A stretch of DNA of 51,244 nucleotides, from assembly GCA_051942245.1 (NCBI GenBank), contig JAVECL010000110.1:1-51244 (forward strand), read 5' to 3'. This DNA comes from Trypethelium eluteriae (Eukaryota). The notes below the pieces were generated by a model. The model saw nothing but the letters and a program-made list of their open reading frames with translations, ran no database searches and was not told the DNA's origin. This document shows positions 11,088-24,122 of the stretch, in pieces; the stretch's first letter is position 1; the number at the start of each line of letters is the position of its first letter. Position numbers and translations under genes: made by a program.

Positions 11088-12200
11088 GATAATCAGTTAT
11101 AATGTACATAACACGGGGGTAATAAGCGCATAATAGACTAAACTGCTCAAAGGAATGGATAAGATTGAGGGTTTTGATGCATAGTCTTTAACTACTCATA
11201 CAATAAGCGCAACAATTTTTGCACATAGGTAATAAAAGCGTGCTTGAATAGAAATTCTCGGGTTATCACCATTTAGGTTGTACAGTAATTATAAGGCTTT
11301 GCACTAGCGGCATCGGAGACTGTGGAGTTAAGTTGGTGAACTAAAGCGACCCATAAAACACTAACCAGCCACAGGCAGAGCAGCCACTGAGGCTGAGCTA
11401 TACAGGGCTTATGAAGGAGCACGTAACTTACAGGCCAATGATTACGGTTAATACGTAAGGCAACCAGAGCTGTATTGTGCCCGCCAAACGTGGTAGCTGT
11501 TCCGATCAGAGGTACCGATCCACACAGCAGTCTTTGGGTACTTTACGCGAAACAGCTGATGGAAGGTTCTTTATGCCTTTTTAGCATTTTGTTAGGACTC
11601 TGAGGTTTGCGCTAGATGCTTTTATGAGTCTGATGGGCGAGGGAACGTTGCATAAGGGTGTTGTGGCGATGGGTCTCTCTTGTTGGATAGAGAGAGGCTT
11701 TACTTCAAATAGCTTCGGACACGGCAACGCGCAGGTTATTTTTGAGCTGGAAAGTCCTTTAGCATATAAAAACAGCTGCAATATGTGCTCTATCCACAAT
11801 GGAAGCCAACGTCGTAAAGTGCAGCGAGTTTGGGTCGAGCGAAGTCAAAGTACCAGTGGGATTTTTCGGCACGGCGGGGTTTTCGCCACGCAGGGACGGA
11901 CGTTATCCCGTCTTCGAGCAAGCGAATAAGACGCAAAAGACAATTCCTTCAGCCCTCCAGCAAATCCGTTCATCAAAAATCTCCAAGTCCAATGCTAGAC
12001 AGCGTTTTTGCTCACAAGCTAAGAGTAGAAGGTTGTCGCAGGACACTGCTCTGTCAAAATAGCAATCGGAGCCGCGGTAGCTCCCAACGCGCAGGAATGC
12101 GCGCATAGCAGAACGACTGGCCCGAAATCTTACTTCCTGACATAATTCATTTTTGATAAAGCATCAACCTCTCTAAAATTACATTAACTAGCTCTAACCC

Positions 12201-12810
12201 CTATTTCCAAGCGCCACACTTCTCAAGGAGAAGTCTCTCTTCCTCAAATTCCCCCAAAATTTGCTGCAGTTCTGGCGAGAAGAGATTGCACATTGAAAGA
12301 GAAAGGTTATCATCGTCATAGCCACTTGGTGGCTCCGAGAATCGCTCAAGCGACTGGAGTTCTGTATTGAGTTAGATCCCAGCACATTCGAAATAACACA
12401 TAAGTACGCGAGATCGGAGCCTTCATACCAGATTGTACACTACCCTCACTGTGCGCATTCGCAAGCCACATATTCGAGATGGAGGTAGAGACTTGCTTGG
12501 AGGACTTTGGCGTAGTGATAGGAATGGTATAAGTAGCTTTGTCAGGAGTCGGCTTCCGGCGGCAATCGCAGCTGCATGAACTGATTGTAGGACTCTCAGG
12601 TCCACATACGAGAACCTCAGCTGGGATTTTGTCTTCGATGTTTGGAGCCTGCTTTTTGAAGCAGTCAAGAGGGACAGATTTTACCACTCTAGGCTCTCCT
12701 AGACCCGCAGGATCTCGATGAAAAAGGAAGTGAGAGAGTCGCGTAATCTTACTTCTCCAGTCGCTCGCTGATACGGGCGCTCCACGAACGATGATAATAG
12801 CAATCCGCAT
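12201..12810 (-). CDS. Hypothetical protein, two exons
   Basis: The 154-aa ORF can be spliced (GTATGA...CTAAC...CAG) in frame to an acidic tail ELQSLERFSEPPSGYDDDNL...LLEKCGAWK* ending at 12201. No recognisable domain. Confidence 0.4.
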
Positions 12811-14275
12811 GTTTGATACAACGTTTCAATTTAGATTTGTTGAGAGCTGAGTGAAAACATAGCATATATATACTTCTGGATAATTAACAAAGACTGCTTT
12901 CGACACTCTGCTTAAGGGAAAACCAGAAAGAAATTTACGGAGATTGGGCAGTAATCACGTGAATGTGGAGTTCCGTGAAGTGGAACCCGGAAAACGGTAT
13001 TTCGATTGAGGTACTTACGTTCAGAGAAGAGGCTTCACATTTATATTTAACTCTGAGATCATGAACCAGTTGGACAAACTGAAGGTGATACGTTTACAGA
13101 CAATCATCTTACTCCTATTCTCCTATCAATTGAGCTGGACTCAAATCATGGATGACCTTGGCCCACCCTACTCACGCAACATCAAGTTCCTTAGTGTAAC
13201 CGCTCTTAAGTCTGGTACTAAAGAAACTCCTCCCCGAACACCATATCCATTCCGAATCTCAAACGAATACCAAAAGACCCCAAAGATATGCAGCCAGAGT
13301 ACTTCTCAAGGTGAGTCAAACTAGGAAAACTTATACTCCTACTAAGCATGGACCAAAGCATCGCAGAACCTTCAATCAGATAGACATATAGGTGAACCAA
13401 TAGGAGCGAGTGAGCATGAAACGAATACGGTGCAGACTGTAGTCTAGAATACACATTATGGAGGGGCCGAGCTAAAGTTTTAGAGCAGCTAGTCTATCAC
13501 ACTCTTTAGAACATAGTAACAGGCGATATTGAGTATCGTAGAAGAACTTAAAACTGAACGCAGTCTTTCTTTACAATGACTTTCCCGACTTAAAGTACTG
13601 CGATACATAACACATGGTCAGTGTACCCCATAGTTTCTTCAGAGGCCAAGCGTGGCAGGAACCATCGCGGCCGGGTTCACGGATGCCAGAATCCTGCGCC
13701 TTCGCCCAATCCGCGCAGAAATGCTTCAGCAGATACAATGGAAGATGACGGGAACACCTCTCTCGGTAGCCGCAAGCTCGAGCATCATGAAGGCAACTCT
13801 GGACGCCGTTTATCCGCGGAGCAGAAACCAACCACCCAAGTGCCAGCTTCATCAGTGCGCTAAAGAACTGTGATACTGAGTGAACTTTTTCATTTGGTGT
13901 TTATAGAAATTCCAGGTCTAAATAAGAAAAAAGCAGTACCACTGTCCTCTGGAAACTCAGACTAAGTTCAGGCGCAAGCACGGTGCTAGACAGCTGATCA
14001 GTTGATGTCAGGGCTATAAGCGTGTGCATGTATGTACTTACACATTCTCATGTCCATTTGCGCGTACTGCAACGGACGCTGCATTTTGCTGAGGGTTTCT
14101 GCCCATCATGCTGTTCGAGAATGTTACTAGTTCTCCAAATGTACACTTTTAGAATATTCCAAGCTGGGCGCAGCTGGCTGGAGGAGTCCTTCGATCGCGG
14201 AGAAGATGATGTAGGCGTAGCTGGAGTCTGGTGTAGCGTGTCTTAAGCGAGGGCCACGGATGTGTCCCACCAGCC

Positions 14276-15615
14276 TTATTCCAGCAACCCCAAGAGCCAA
14301 GGCCGCCATACCCTCTCAGCCCAGTCCATAAGCCAATGAAGGACCGTCACTACCTTCATTGCATCAAAGCACGATCTTGTATTTCCAATGTCAATCTGCT
14401 CCCAGATGGTCAATTTATAGTCATTCTTTGAGACAATTAAGAAGTGCCAGTCGTGGCCTTGGGCGATGAGGAGCGGAAGAGCTGGCCACTGCCCGCCAGT
14501 ATTGCCGCGGATCAGGGCAAGACGTTTCAACCAGGCATCTGTCCATATCGCAATCTGAGGCTTGCCGTCTGTCCATGACTTCATGGGACCTTTGGTCTCA
14601 ATGTTTATAGCAATGGGATTATGACGAGCCCGAGTTGTGTGATTCCAAGACTTTATAGATGCGCATGGGAGTAGTCGGAGGCGACGCCAGGCTTGCTTAA
14701 TACTCGGGTCTGGGTTGAGCGCGACAACGTAGTCGATGACACGGCCCGGAAGAGTGGAGCGCACGAGAGATGCGGGTTCAATTCTTGCCGTTTTCCTGCA
14801 GCCTTTAGTGCATGAGTGGTTAGGAGGACAACAAGGACTTACACATTGTGAATGTCGAGCGTTTGCCGGTGTTTGGACGTGTTAAGTGCGAGTTTGAGGA
14901 GCGGATGCTGGACCTCAGAATTCCATTCATCCTCGGAGACACCCGATCCACCATCGTACTTTCGTGCAGTATCTACTATATCCAGCATCTGCGCTGTGGA
15001 GGGCATTGAACCAAGCACGCAGCGCTGCTCCAGGTCATTTGCCCAAGAATACTGAAATCGCATCTTATCCATTGGTGGTAGCGCAGAAATGACCGTATTG
15101 ATGTCAGGATATCCCAAAATTGCAATTCCATCTGCAAACTGCTGGGTGGCTCTGCGCATCGCTGTGACGTCTTCCGGCTCTTCCCCTTCCTCCTCGTCAT
15201 TAAAGTTGCGGAAAAAAACAGGATTTTCTTCAAAGTCTTCGAGCAACTGGAGCTGTTTTACTGGGCTCAAGCGTCCACTCAGATGTGATTCGACCTCAGA
15301 GGCTTCAGATGCTGTAGCGCTTAAGGCACTCCTGGTTGGGGAGGGTGGAAGCCCGGGCAAGTTATTGAGGTCACGGACCCGCTTTAAGGGACGGGGCGTT
15401 GGATCTGAGTCCTCTTGCATGGTACGCCGTTTTCTGGCTGGGCGCGGGTTCTCCTTATCGTTGGCTATCCAGGGAGCAATAGGCGGGCTGAGTGGAGGAA
15501 ACGTAATTAGTCCTCGCTCACTGAGTATAGCCTAGAGATGAGAATCATACCCGACTTCCGATGCGTTAACACTGTCAATCCAAACTGCTATCCAAGAAAT
15601 ATTTTTAGTCTTCAT
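14276..15615 (-). CDS. Fungal PD-(D/E)XK nuclease-like protein (PDDEXK_12-like); in-frame TAG near the 5' end, so possibly truncated or a pseudogene
   Basis: Intron 14842-14796 joins ..LDIHNV/KTARIEPASL..RVIDYVVAL..SWNHT..IAINIETKG..QIAIWTDAW..LLIAQGHDW..IGNT. An upstream ATG at 15615 (MKTKNISWIAVWIDSV) is in frame but interrupted by TAG at 15534-15532. The next in-frame ATG is at 15420. Confidence 0.75.
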
Positions 15616-16376
15616 AGAGGTGAGTTTGGGGCAGAGTGGGTGAGGAGAGTGAACGGTGGTTTCGACAGGGAGGGGTCACGGAGAGCCATCTTGCTGATAA
15701 TCATGTGACATCGTAAAGAAGCTAAGGTAGGATTTTCGGCGCAGAAATCTCCAGCGTCCATGTTTGACCGAGTAGTTGAGTAACGTTTTCGATTTGTAGC
15801 TTTGAAACGTACGCTTTGATCCTTCCTACAGACTATTCGCTGACATCTTACTGACCGCTTTTTGTTTTCTTAAAGGAATATTATACGCCTTTTCGTGCCT
15901 TGCACACCTCTCAAGCTTTGAGCGCTATCCCCAACACCTTTGCCATCTCACCTAGAAACCAAAACTTCTGGACACATCAACAGTCAAAGAGTTGAGCATA
16001 GGGATTGACAAATATCTCTAAAGCTACGACGTAAAGCCTACTCAAATTCCACATTTCAAAAATATAAGGCTACAAACATGTCTGTACGTAAAATAAATAC
16101 CTAATGGTAAAGGAAGCCTTTGAGCTCTAACTTAGACATGGTTTTAGGATGGAGCTAAAGCTCTTGCTGGAGAGGATGAATGGATTGGAGTTAAGCTCTT
16201 TGACAGTGTGGATTATGAGAGAAAGATTAAAGGTAAAGGCAAATCAATTATGATATTTGATCCAAATATGCCCATAGGTTCTCCACCATTCTGGGTGTAT
16301 ACCAACGCAAATGAGGACGGGGAAAACACAGTTCCAGCTGGATACCAGGTTCGTGTCATAGCTGCAACTATAAGGT

Positions 16377-17257
16377 TTACGACATAGGCTGCAAACCGCA
16401 TTTGTTAATCAGTTCAAGCCCCTTGTCGTAACCAACCATCAACGTAATAGAGATATCAGCGGTCGGATTCACGGGTACTATCGCATTTACACAGTCTGTA
16501 GTCTTCTTACTACCTTCTATCCCACGTTCTAGCCTCCACTGTTGGCTTTTCTGTATGGCTTCGTGTATGAGATCACCCAAGAGTGATATCCTGTCAATCG
16601 GTGCATCAGAGCACCTGTAGTCGATTTCTGAAGCTGAGTAAGCCACGCGTTCGCTGAGTAGGAGATTCCTTAATTACGTCTGTCCGCTGATGCTACATTC
16701 CAACTTGTCATTTGTTCAGGTGCTGGACCTCCTTGTAGCGGAACAATGACGTCACTCGATTCAGCGACGGGTGCCACCGTATTTAGCGCTGGTCCAGTGG
16801 ATCCACTTGGTCCTAATAGAAAGTCAGTGGGTATTACATGTACAAGAACTGTTTCCTTACTAGGTGTGGTGTTAATTATTGAGCTGATTAGTTTGAACTC
16901 TTTTCGAGCTGTTGTTGCTAATCCTCCGGGGTGCCCAACAGTTTCCCACCATTCCCGAATCTCTTTAATTGAGCTTTGCTTGATTTGACACATATTTGAG
17001 ATGGGGATCGCAAAGATGAATAAGGTGAAGAGATCACGTTTTACGCGATAGAAGACGTTAGTGATCAGGGTACGTGCTCGATCCCTCTTATATTGGAGTT
17101 GGTCTGATTGGGTTTTGAACTTTGCACTGTCATTCTGTAACAAGTCTGAAACTTTTCGAAGAGCTGACTTTTGACGAGTAGATAGAGCGTGTCTATCATT
17201 GTCAAACTGTATCCTTTCGCTTTCTAGCCTTTTTATTACCCAACAGTTGGATCGCAT
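16377..17257 (-). CDS. Hypothetical protein, probably three exons
   Basis: ATG at 17257 (MRSNCWV..). An in-frame 48-nt intron lies at 16860-16813, and a probable second intron of ~50 nt joins to the 16377-16646 ORF (..TTDCVNAIVP..DISITLMVG..). Confidence 0.6.
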
Positions 17258-18740
17258 GGCACAGCTATGATAGGATAAGAGGGGGCCGAATAGAATGAGG
17301 TGGACCGTGGTAATGAAGTGATGCAAGACGAGACAGAACCACGATACACACCTGGGCTCTGGTTATGCTAAAATATGCGGATGGAATAGAACACAGTTAG
17401 CGTGTCGCCTTCCCACGACGAGGGTCCGTAGCTGGGAATGATCAGGCAGAATGTGTTACAGGAAAGAAAAGAACTAACCACTATGCCACATCGGGAGGAG
17501 GGTTTGACAGGCTTCCAACTTTCTGGTATGTCTTACATTTCTCAAATACTTGGAACACCATTCAAGTCAGTTTCTCAGTCGTCGCTGGCTGTACGTGCAC
17601 GGAGCGAATGCTCTAGTGCACGTCACCGTCTCATTAAAGTGCATTCGCCGACCCTATTCAATAGGCCCTGCCTGAAAGATACGCCATTCATATTAGCGTT
17701 GCCGATCCCTCAATCTGATCTGTCCGACTCCCTGTCCGGGATTCCCCGTCTCTGTCATGTGGAGCCATATGCAAAGCTTTGTTGTGGTGCCCAAGGCCAG
17801 AACATTATCCCCTAGGACCGACTAAAATGCCGGACCATTCAATTTTAACAAAATACCGTGGGGGCGTAGACAGCTTGTGCCTCCTGATACATGGTGACAA
17901 CTAGAGTTGAGAAACCAACTCGATCCTCTTTAGACGCTGAAAGACATGTCCAGTCCTCAACCTTGGGATTCACCAAGATGTATTTTCAAACTCTTCTTTT
18001 AGCCTTTCCAAAGAAGCATGTTCGTGAGGTTCCAAATGATGCATCGAGGGCACGAAGCTTTCAAGCGATACGGAGGCGCGGCTCCATCTATTATGAGGCT
18101 GGAGACTGGCGAAGGACTTTGCCGCGATAACCTTGACCAACCGGTGGCTATGCTTTGGTGCCACTCCATAACTAATGGTCCTCAGCCCACCCATGTCTAA
18201 AATTACGGGCATGAAAGCTCATCGGCTTGTTCTCTGTTAGTGCATACATACTGCGAATGAGAGCCACAGAAAGCTACCAGAAAAAGTGGACTTCGATCCT
18301 TCATTGATGCATGACCCCCAAGAGCCACCTTGATGATCGTGGGACCAGGGCTACGCTGCAGGCAATGACCGTTCCATGCCGATCGAGCACAGCCCTGTTG
18401 AAATGCGACCGTCTGACCAAAGGGAAGACTTCCCGCCTTCCCGGCAATACTCACTGATACAGACATACAACATGGTGGGTAAGAAACAGTACGGAATCGA
18501 TTACCTCACTTCGTGCATATAGAGCAATTTACTGCCAAGCTGGCGAGGCTTTTCAGGCTGTAAAGTTGGGAATCAGAACTGCTGTAGGTACCGGTGAAGA
18601 GGAGCGGGTAAAGTTTACAGGAGACTGGATCTGAGCTGTTTCCCAAAGAGATCCGTTCTATTTGCTTAAATCTACTCGACTTGAAAGATTTCATGCCAAA
18701 ATTGCCATCCTCTCTCGTTCAAAGGCTTTTTATGTTTCTT

Positions 18741-20675
18741 CTAATCAAGCCGCTTGCTCATGATTCCCTGTAAATGCGAATATTCTGGGGTCTCTGACGA
18801 CTTGAACATCTTGCTCAACGTCAATGTCACCATCGCGGATTCGTGAGTGTGCTTGGTTATTCTTTGATCCAGATATTCGTCAGAGAGTCTGTCAAATGTA
18901 CGTAACTGACAAGGATCTCGGCCAAGTGCCATCTGGAGTGCTATGGTGAGATGCTGAGACTTGCTCGCGTAGACATAGAGTTTCCGTAGCATTGCCCGAA
19001 CCATATGTTCAATCACTTTTCCACTATTTCCGAGTGAGCGACCATGGAAGTGGAGATCCAGGTCGCATAAAAAGCTCCCAAAGATAGGTTCTTCAAAATA
19101 ATCCAGGTAATCCGGAATAAATCGCCGGTAGTTCAGCATGGCCACCATGGTCAGAGAAAGCCCTTCCACACTTTGAGGATCTTGGAAGTCTTTACGTAAC
19201 AGCTCATATAAATCCTGTCCCTCTTTTGAGCTCGCCCATTCATGGAGGATGTTGAGCTGGCGTCTAGATTCGTGGTGACCGCCCACTAAAGTTGTACTCC
19301 ACATTAGAAGTATCATCTTTTCCTTTTCCTTCTGTTGAGGGAAAGAACAATGAAGGTTTATTTCGGCGCTACTCCAAGTTAGGGTCAACCTTGTATATGT
19401 TTCTGGCAGGGACTTACAGGTACTTATTGAACTTTTCCACCTGCCCAACACCAAATTGATCCAAGATCAGGGATGGGAGATTCTGACCATGTTAGTATTG
19501 GACCGTTTGAATCTTGGATATGTCTCACAAGGTATCCTTCAGGATAGCTAATCGGAAACGATTCTTTCATTTCCGCAATCCATTGATGTAGATGTTCAAG
19601 TTCGACTGCCTGTCCAGAGAACACCGGAGACTCTGAGAGTGAAGTACACATACTCTCTGAGATGAGCTTTCCAAACTCGTTCGTCTTTATAATCTTGAGA
19701 ACGGAAGCAACAAGGTCGCTATTTCGGCTTGCCGTATATGCTTCAAAATATCCATGCTGCCGTGGGTACAGCCGACCCCCAGAATTCTCCAATAGAGTCC
19801 GGAAGAGGCAAGTTATCTGTTTCTCATCACGCTTTGGTCTTGATGGCCAGTCGATCTTCAATGAGGAGCGGAGCTTCTCAAGTATTTCCTCAACATCACA
19901 CTTCAGATAGGAATGGGTACCATTGGAGGGGTGGGATTGATCCAGATTGAGAACTATGAGCACAAGAGAGCGCGCTAATTGTTGTTGGACGTCTAATGGA
20001 GATGTCTATATACCTAGTATGTCAGTGATGCTTGTGAGAACACTATGGCAAGACCCACCAAGATGTCACGAATCAATACTGCTCTGTGGAGTTTGTTGAG
20101 AAAACTACGCGACCGAGCATACTCAAAAAAAGCTTCGTCAGCGTCAGGTAGGTACCCTGAACAGATCGTCTCTGCAGCCCGATCAAGCCATAGCTCGCGC
20201 GTATCCTCGATTGCGACATTTATGCTGTAAACCTCTTCGCTTCTTTCTTCAGACTTCGTCGGATAGTCGTTGATTTCTACAGAGTGGCCCTGGCGTATGA
20301 GTTCCAGGAGATCGGTCAAAGAAAATGGAGTGTCGTAGACGTTATGAAAGCTTGGGTTGACACAAGCATCTTTCACTAACTGTCCTTGGTACCGCGGCGA
20401 AGCGTTGTGTTCACTTGTTGGACCAGCAACAAGCATCCAAATGTTATCGTGATCGTGGAGCAGATCTGAGTCCTAAGGGTGAACCAATATGAGACAATTG
20501 TCTTTACGAGTTGTAAGATTCGACTTACTCCTCGCTCCTTGCTACTCAAATGAGATTCACCTCCATTTCGCATGCCCGTGGACAATTTCAAGGGCTCTTC
20601 CGGGGTTAATCCTGAAAGGTTGATTTCAAAGAGCTGCAACGATGCTTCGTTCTGCGAGGCATTTGAGTGATCCAT
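18741..20675 (-). CDS. Large hypothetical multi-exon protein (at least 5 exons); 3' end possibly damaged
   Basis: Four GT-AG introns join the ORF fragments in frame: ..KERG/DSDLLH.., ..RDIL/TSPLDV.., ..EGYL/NLPSLIL.., ..NKYL/AEINLH... The first stop is at 18743-18741. No domain recognised. Confidence 0.65.
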
Positions 20676-21447
20676 GGTCTTTCTAGACTTATGGAGACCA
20701 TGTAATGCTGCAGAGATAACACAGTCCGGTGACAAAGAAGACGCCTGACCCTGAGGGATTCGATTATGCCGGCAAGTGTACCTTATATACATAGCCAGTC
20801 ACATCAGCCAGTATGAGCAAATTGATAGGTTGTGTACGAGATCAGCACATAGCGTCTCGTCATCCTTCAACGGACGGTGACCGGCAGGAGAATCGCCTTT
20901 CCCGTCCAAAGTTGTGTGGAAGGCTGGGAAAGAGCAGGGGGTGGCGTATTGAAGGAGTTTGATAAGCCCCGGCGTGATCGATTTCGGATCACCTCCCTGT
21001 GCCACCCCATGCGAGGGTACTTGATTGAACCTTGGCGCAATTATAGCGGCTCATCCTGCCGATCCCGAGAATTCCTTAGCCCTGCTCATGTTGTCTTTTC
21101 ATATTTTTTTATATTTTTTTATAATTTTTTATAATTTTTAATTCTAGCGTCGCTAAATCGTCTCATCATTGGCACGTGCAACCACGTTTGCCAATCAGCA
21201 TACTCGGGTGCAGGTCCGTACGCAAGCTTTTGGATTTGAGTTCAGAGATGGACTAGATGCCGTCGCAAAAGTGATTGCTTGAGTCGTGCGGTCGTTGACT
21301 TGAATTAAGATCCTACGCCACCCACATAATGTAACGGATCAAGCTCGAACTCCGATGAGGATCCACGGGAGAAAGAGTGGCATAAAAGCTATGCTGTCCC
21401 AAGGAGATTTATCAATTTCACCAGCTGCCTTCTCATTCACTCATCGC

Positions 21448-22490
21448 ATGATTGTCCCTACCTGTGCAACCAGTATTATTATGGTGATCCGTATACCGCT
21501 CGTCGGTAGCCTTGTGCTCAATATACTCTCGTTTCTCTCTCTTTTCTCCTACCTTGTATGGATTAGGTGTAGAACACTCAAAGAGTGGAAGTCGTTCCTC
21601 TACTATGAGGTGCCTTCTTGTCTCTTGATAGCTGTTCTTGGATTGGCATTACTCCCTGCAAGTGTGTTGCAGCTTGTGGGCGTAAATGTAAATTCAGCTC
21701 TCTTTATCCTTTGTTGCACAGCTGTCAGCCTATCGCATTTTCCAGGGGTATGCTTTAAACTCTAAGAAAGGATAACATACTGATACCATTAGCATTGGGC
21801 TTCGATTGTGAATTCTGTTCGATTTACCATTCCCGGAAGGCCTGTAGGGGTGGCAGTATGGCGCCGTCGTCTTTGGTACCTTCTTTACCTCCTTCTTCCA
21901 CTACCTCAACTTGTGCCAGTTATGTACTTTGGGTAAGCATAATCGTCTTGCCTCGGGATCACAGCTGAATTGATGGTAGTATCACAGAGAAGTCTCAAGC
22001 CGCTCAAGCCGCCTGTATTGGAGGCATTTGGATCATGGCTGTATTTCAGTACGCAGTTATTGCAATCTGGTGCTACGCAGAAAGAGACAAGAGCCCAACC
22101 CGCATAACGGAACTCCGATATTCCTGCTACCTCGTCTTTAACGGAGTCACCTGGTTCATAGCTGTTCTTTCAACGATCCCTCTGATCATGATTAATTGGA
22201 GCCAGAACTACCCAGACCCAGCAATATTACAGGTACGAGTAAACTTCTGGCGGACCTCAGCTTACTGATTCACTCAGATTTATCTTGTCATCGTCCTCGG
22301 GTTGTCCGCTTTGCAGCTACCTGTACAAAAGTTCATTGTGCCATGGGTAGCGAATTATTCTCCAGGATTTCACGAACATCCTTCAGCTGAGGACCTCGCT
22401 TCACTGCGTATTGGGACACGGCCCGAGGAGGAAATCCAGAAGGCCAGATCGGTGGTACAAATTGAGGGTGAAGGACATTTTGATAATTGA
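21448..22490 (+). CDS. Integral membrane protein with ~7 predicted TM helices, ~301 aa
   Basis: Exons 21448-21747, 21793-21932, 21980-22232 and 22278-22490 join in frame through canonical 45-47-nt introns. There are seven hydrophobic segments and a polar C-tail. Confidence 0.75.
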
Positions 22491-23670
22491 GAGGTCAAGT
22501 AGTCTCCTTATGGGTCTACGATAAGTCGAGCAAAGCGTTTTGAGAGCCTTGGTGGACGAGTTCAAACTGTGGTAGCAGTTTCAGTCTGCGTAGCGATTCT
22601 TCATCCTAGTCTTAACTCTATCTTTGACATTGCCGTCTATTAATCGAGATAGAAGTTCTTTCCCCCCACAAAGCCTTTATCTTGCTCGGCTGCATAGCTT
22701 GCCGCACCATTTGCCGTAGTGAGGGGACGGTGTAGTCCAGAGGCGAACCGAATGTTTATTGAGGTCTGCTTAGCGATGTGCATCTGTTGGCCTGATTCCT
22801 TGGTACAGAACTGTCTAGCGTGATCCCTGACAACGGAAGCAAGGCGAGCATCCGCGAGTGTACTGACAGGGTGCCTGCACTGAACGAGTTGCTGGGAGGG
22901 TCCGAACTTACAGCTGTACAGGATCCGGGGATCGGGCTTCAATGCAGTGATCAGCTTCTGTTATTACACTGCTGATCACCCGTCTCTGCCGCAATTGACC
23001 CTTTGGTCCGCGTTCCCCCAAAGACCTGCCGCTCGAGGGAAAGGGAAAAGGGGCTAATGCGTAATAACGAAAAGTTGCAAGCATAAAACTGTCTTCTCAT
23101 CACTTTCCGGCAGACTTTGTTCTTGCAGACTGCATAGTGTCCAATCGGATCAGAGCTTGTCATTCGGCCAATATTAAATAGACTGATTAAATCTGGACCT
23201 GTGCTTATCATGCTGGTGTCGGGCGCGAGTAAAAAAGGAGTTTAGATAGAACAGCGATCTTCGACATCCTTGACCACAGGTGTCTATGTTCGATGTGGAC
23301 TTCATGCAGATGAACGTTAGAAGAGGAAAGCACACTGATATGGAATTCTGCTGGACAGGGTTTACGAACGGACTATTATCAACATAGTGTCCAGTATGCG
23401 GAGTGATGGGCCAGCCATATTCCTCTCACCAAAGATGCGTGACACCTGCCACATATAAAGACTCCCTTCTCAGACTTAAGAAATCATCGGTACTCTTTCA
23501 ACGGTGGAGTGCCCAGTCTTCAGAAATCAACACAACTAAGTCTATTGCTGCTTGTTCTAGGGATCAGAAAGCTATCCAGAGTAAGCATCGTTAGTTCCTT
23601 TCTGACCTTCGTATTTACCTAAGTATAGGGACCGCCTCCACGGAGTCTGACATTCTTGACCTCGCCCATC

Positions 23671-23904
23671 ATGTCTGGCAACCAATCGCATACCCCATCC
23701 ACTTCAGATACCAACAAGGCAGACAACAGTTCCAAGAATGGAGCCGCCAGTGGACAAGCAAATAGAGAAGCCCAAGGCAGCGGGAGCACCTCCCAAAGTC
23801 TCCCCACAGCTGCTGCGGGCTCTTTACCGTTGAACACGAATGTGGGCAATCTGCATCGTTTTTCCGAGAATAATCAGGGGCCGAAAAATGGGTCCAAGAA
23901 TTGA
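23671..23904 (+). CDS. Small hydrophilic S/N/G/Q-rich protein (77 aa)
   Basis: ATG in good context (CCCATCATG), an upstream TATAAA near 23454 and a possible 5'-UTR intron. The product is low-complexity (MSGNQSHTPSTSDTNKADNSSKNG..). Confidence 0.4.
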   Translation: MSGNQSHTPSTSDTNKADNSSKNGAASGQANREAQGSGSTSQSLPTAAAGSLPLNTNVGNLHRFSENNQGPKNGSKN

Positions 23905-24122
23905 GTGTGGAAGACGTTGGCGGAGAGGAGAGGTTTTAGGGGTGGTGGTCCGTGCCAATTTCCGGACATTTCTTACGATACTCTACCTAGATACCTAGTT
24001 TGAGGGGCAGAGGGAGGCGATGATTCTACCGGAGATACTCCGACTATGAAATCACATTTACCTCCGCTCAACTTTCCGCCCCTTCTCATCTTCACCTATC
24101 ACTTTACCATAGTCATCGCATC

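Noticed and set aside
11100..12110. Cluster of short overlapping ORFs; similar clusters at 13061-13873, 22640-23211, 24802-25902 and 33600-34830
   Set aside because: I could not build a consistent spliced model or recognise a domain. They may hold decayed genes but are not supportable.
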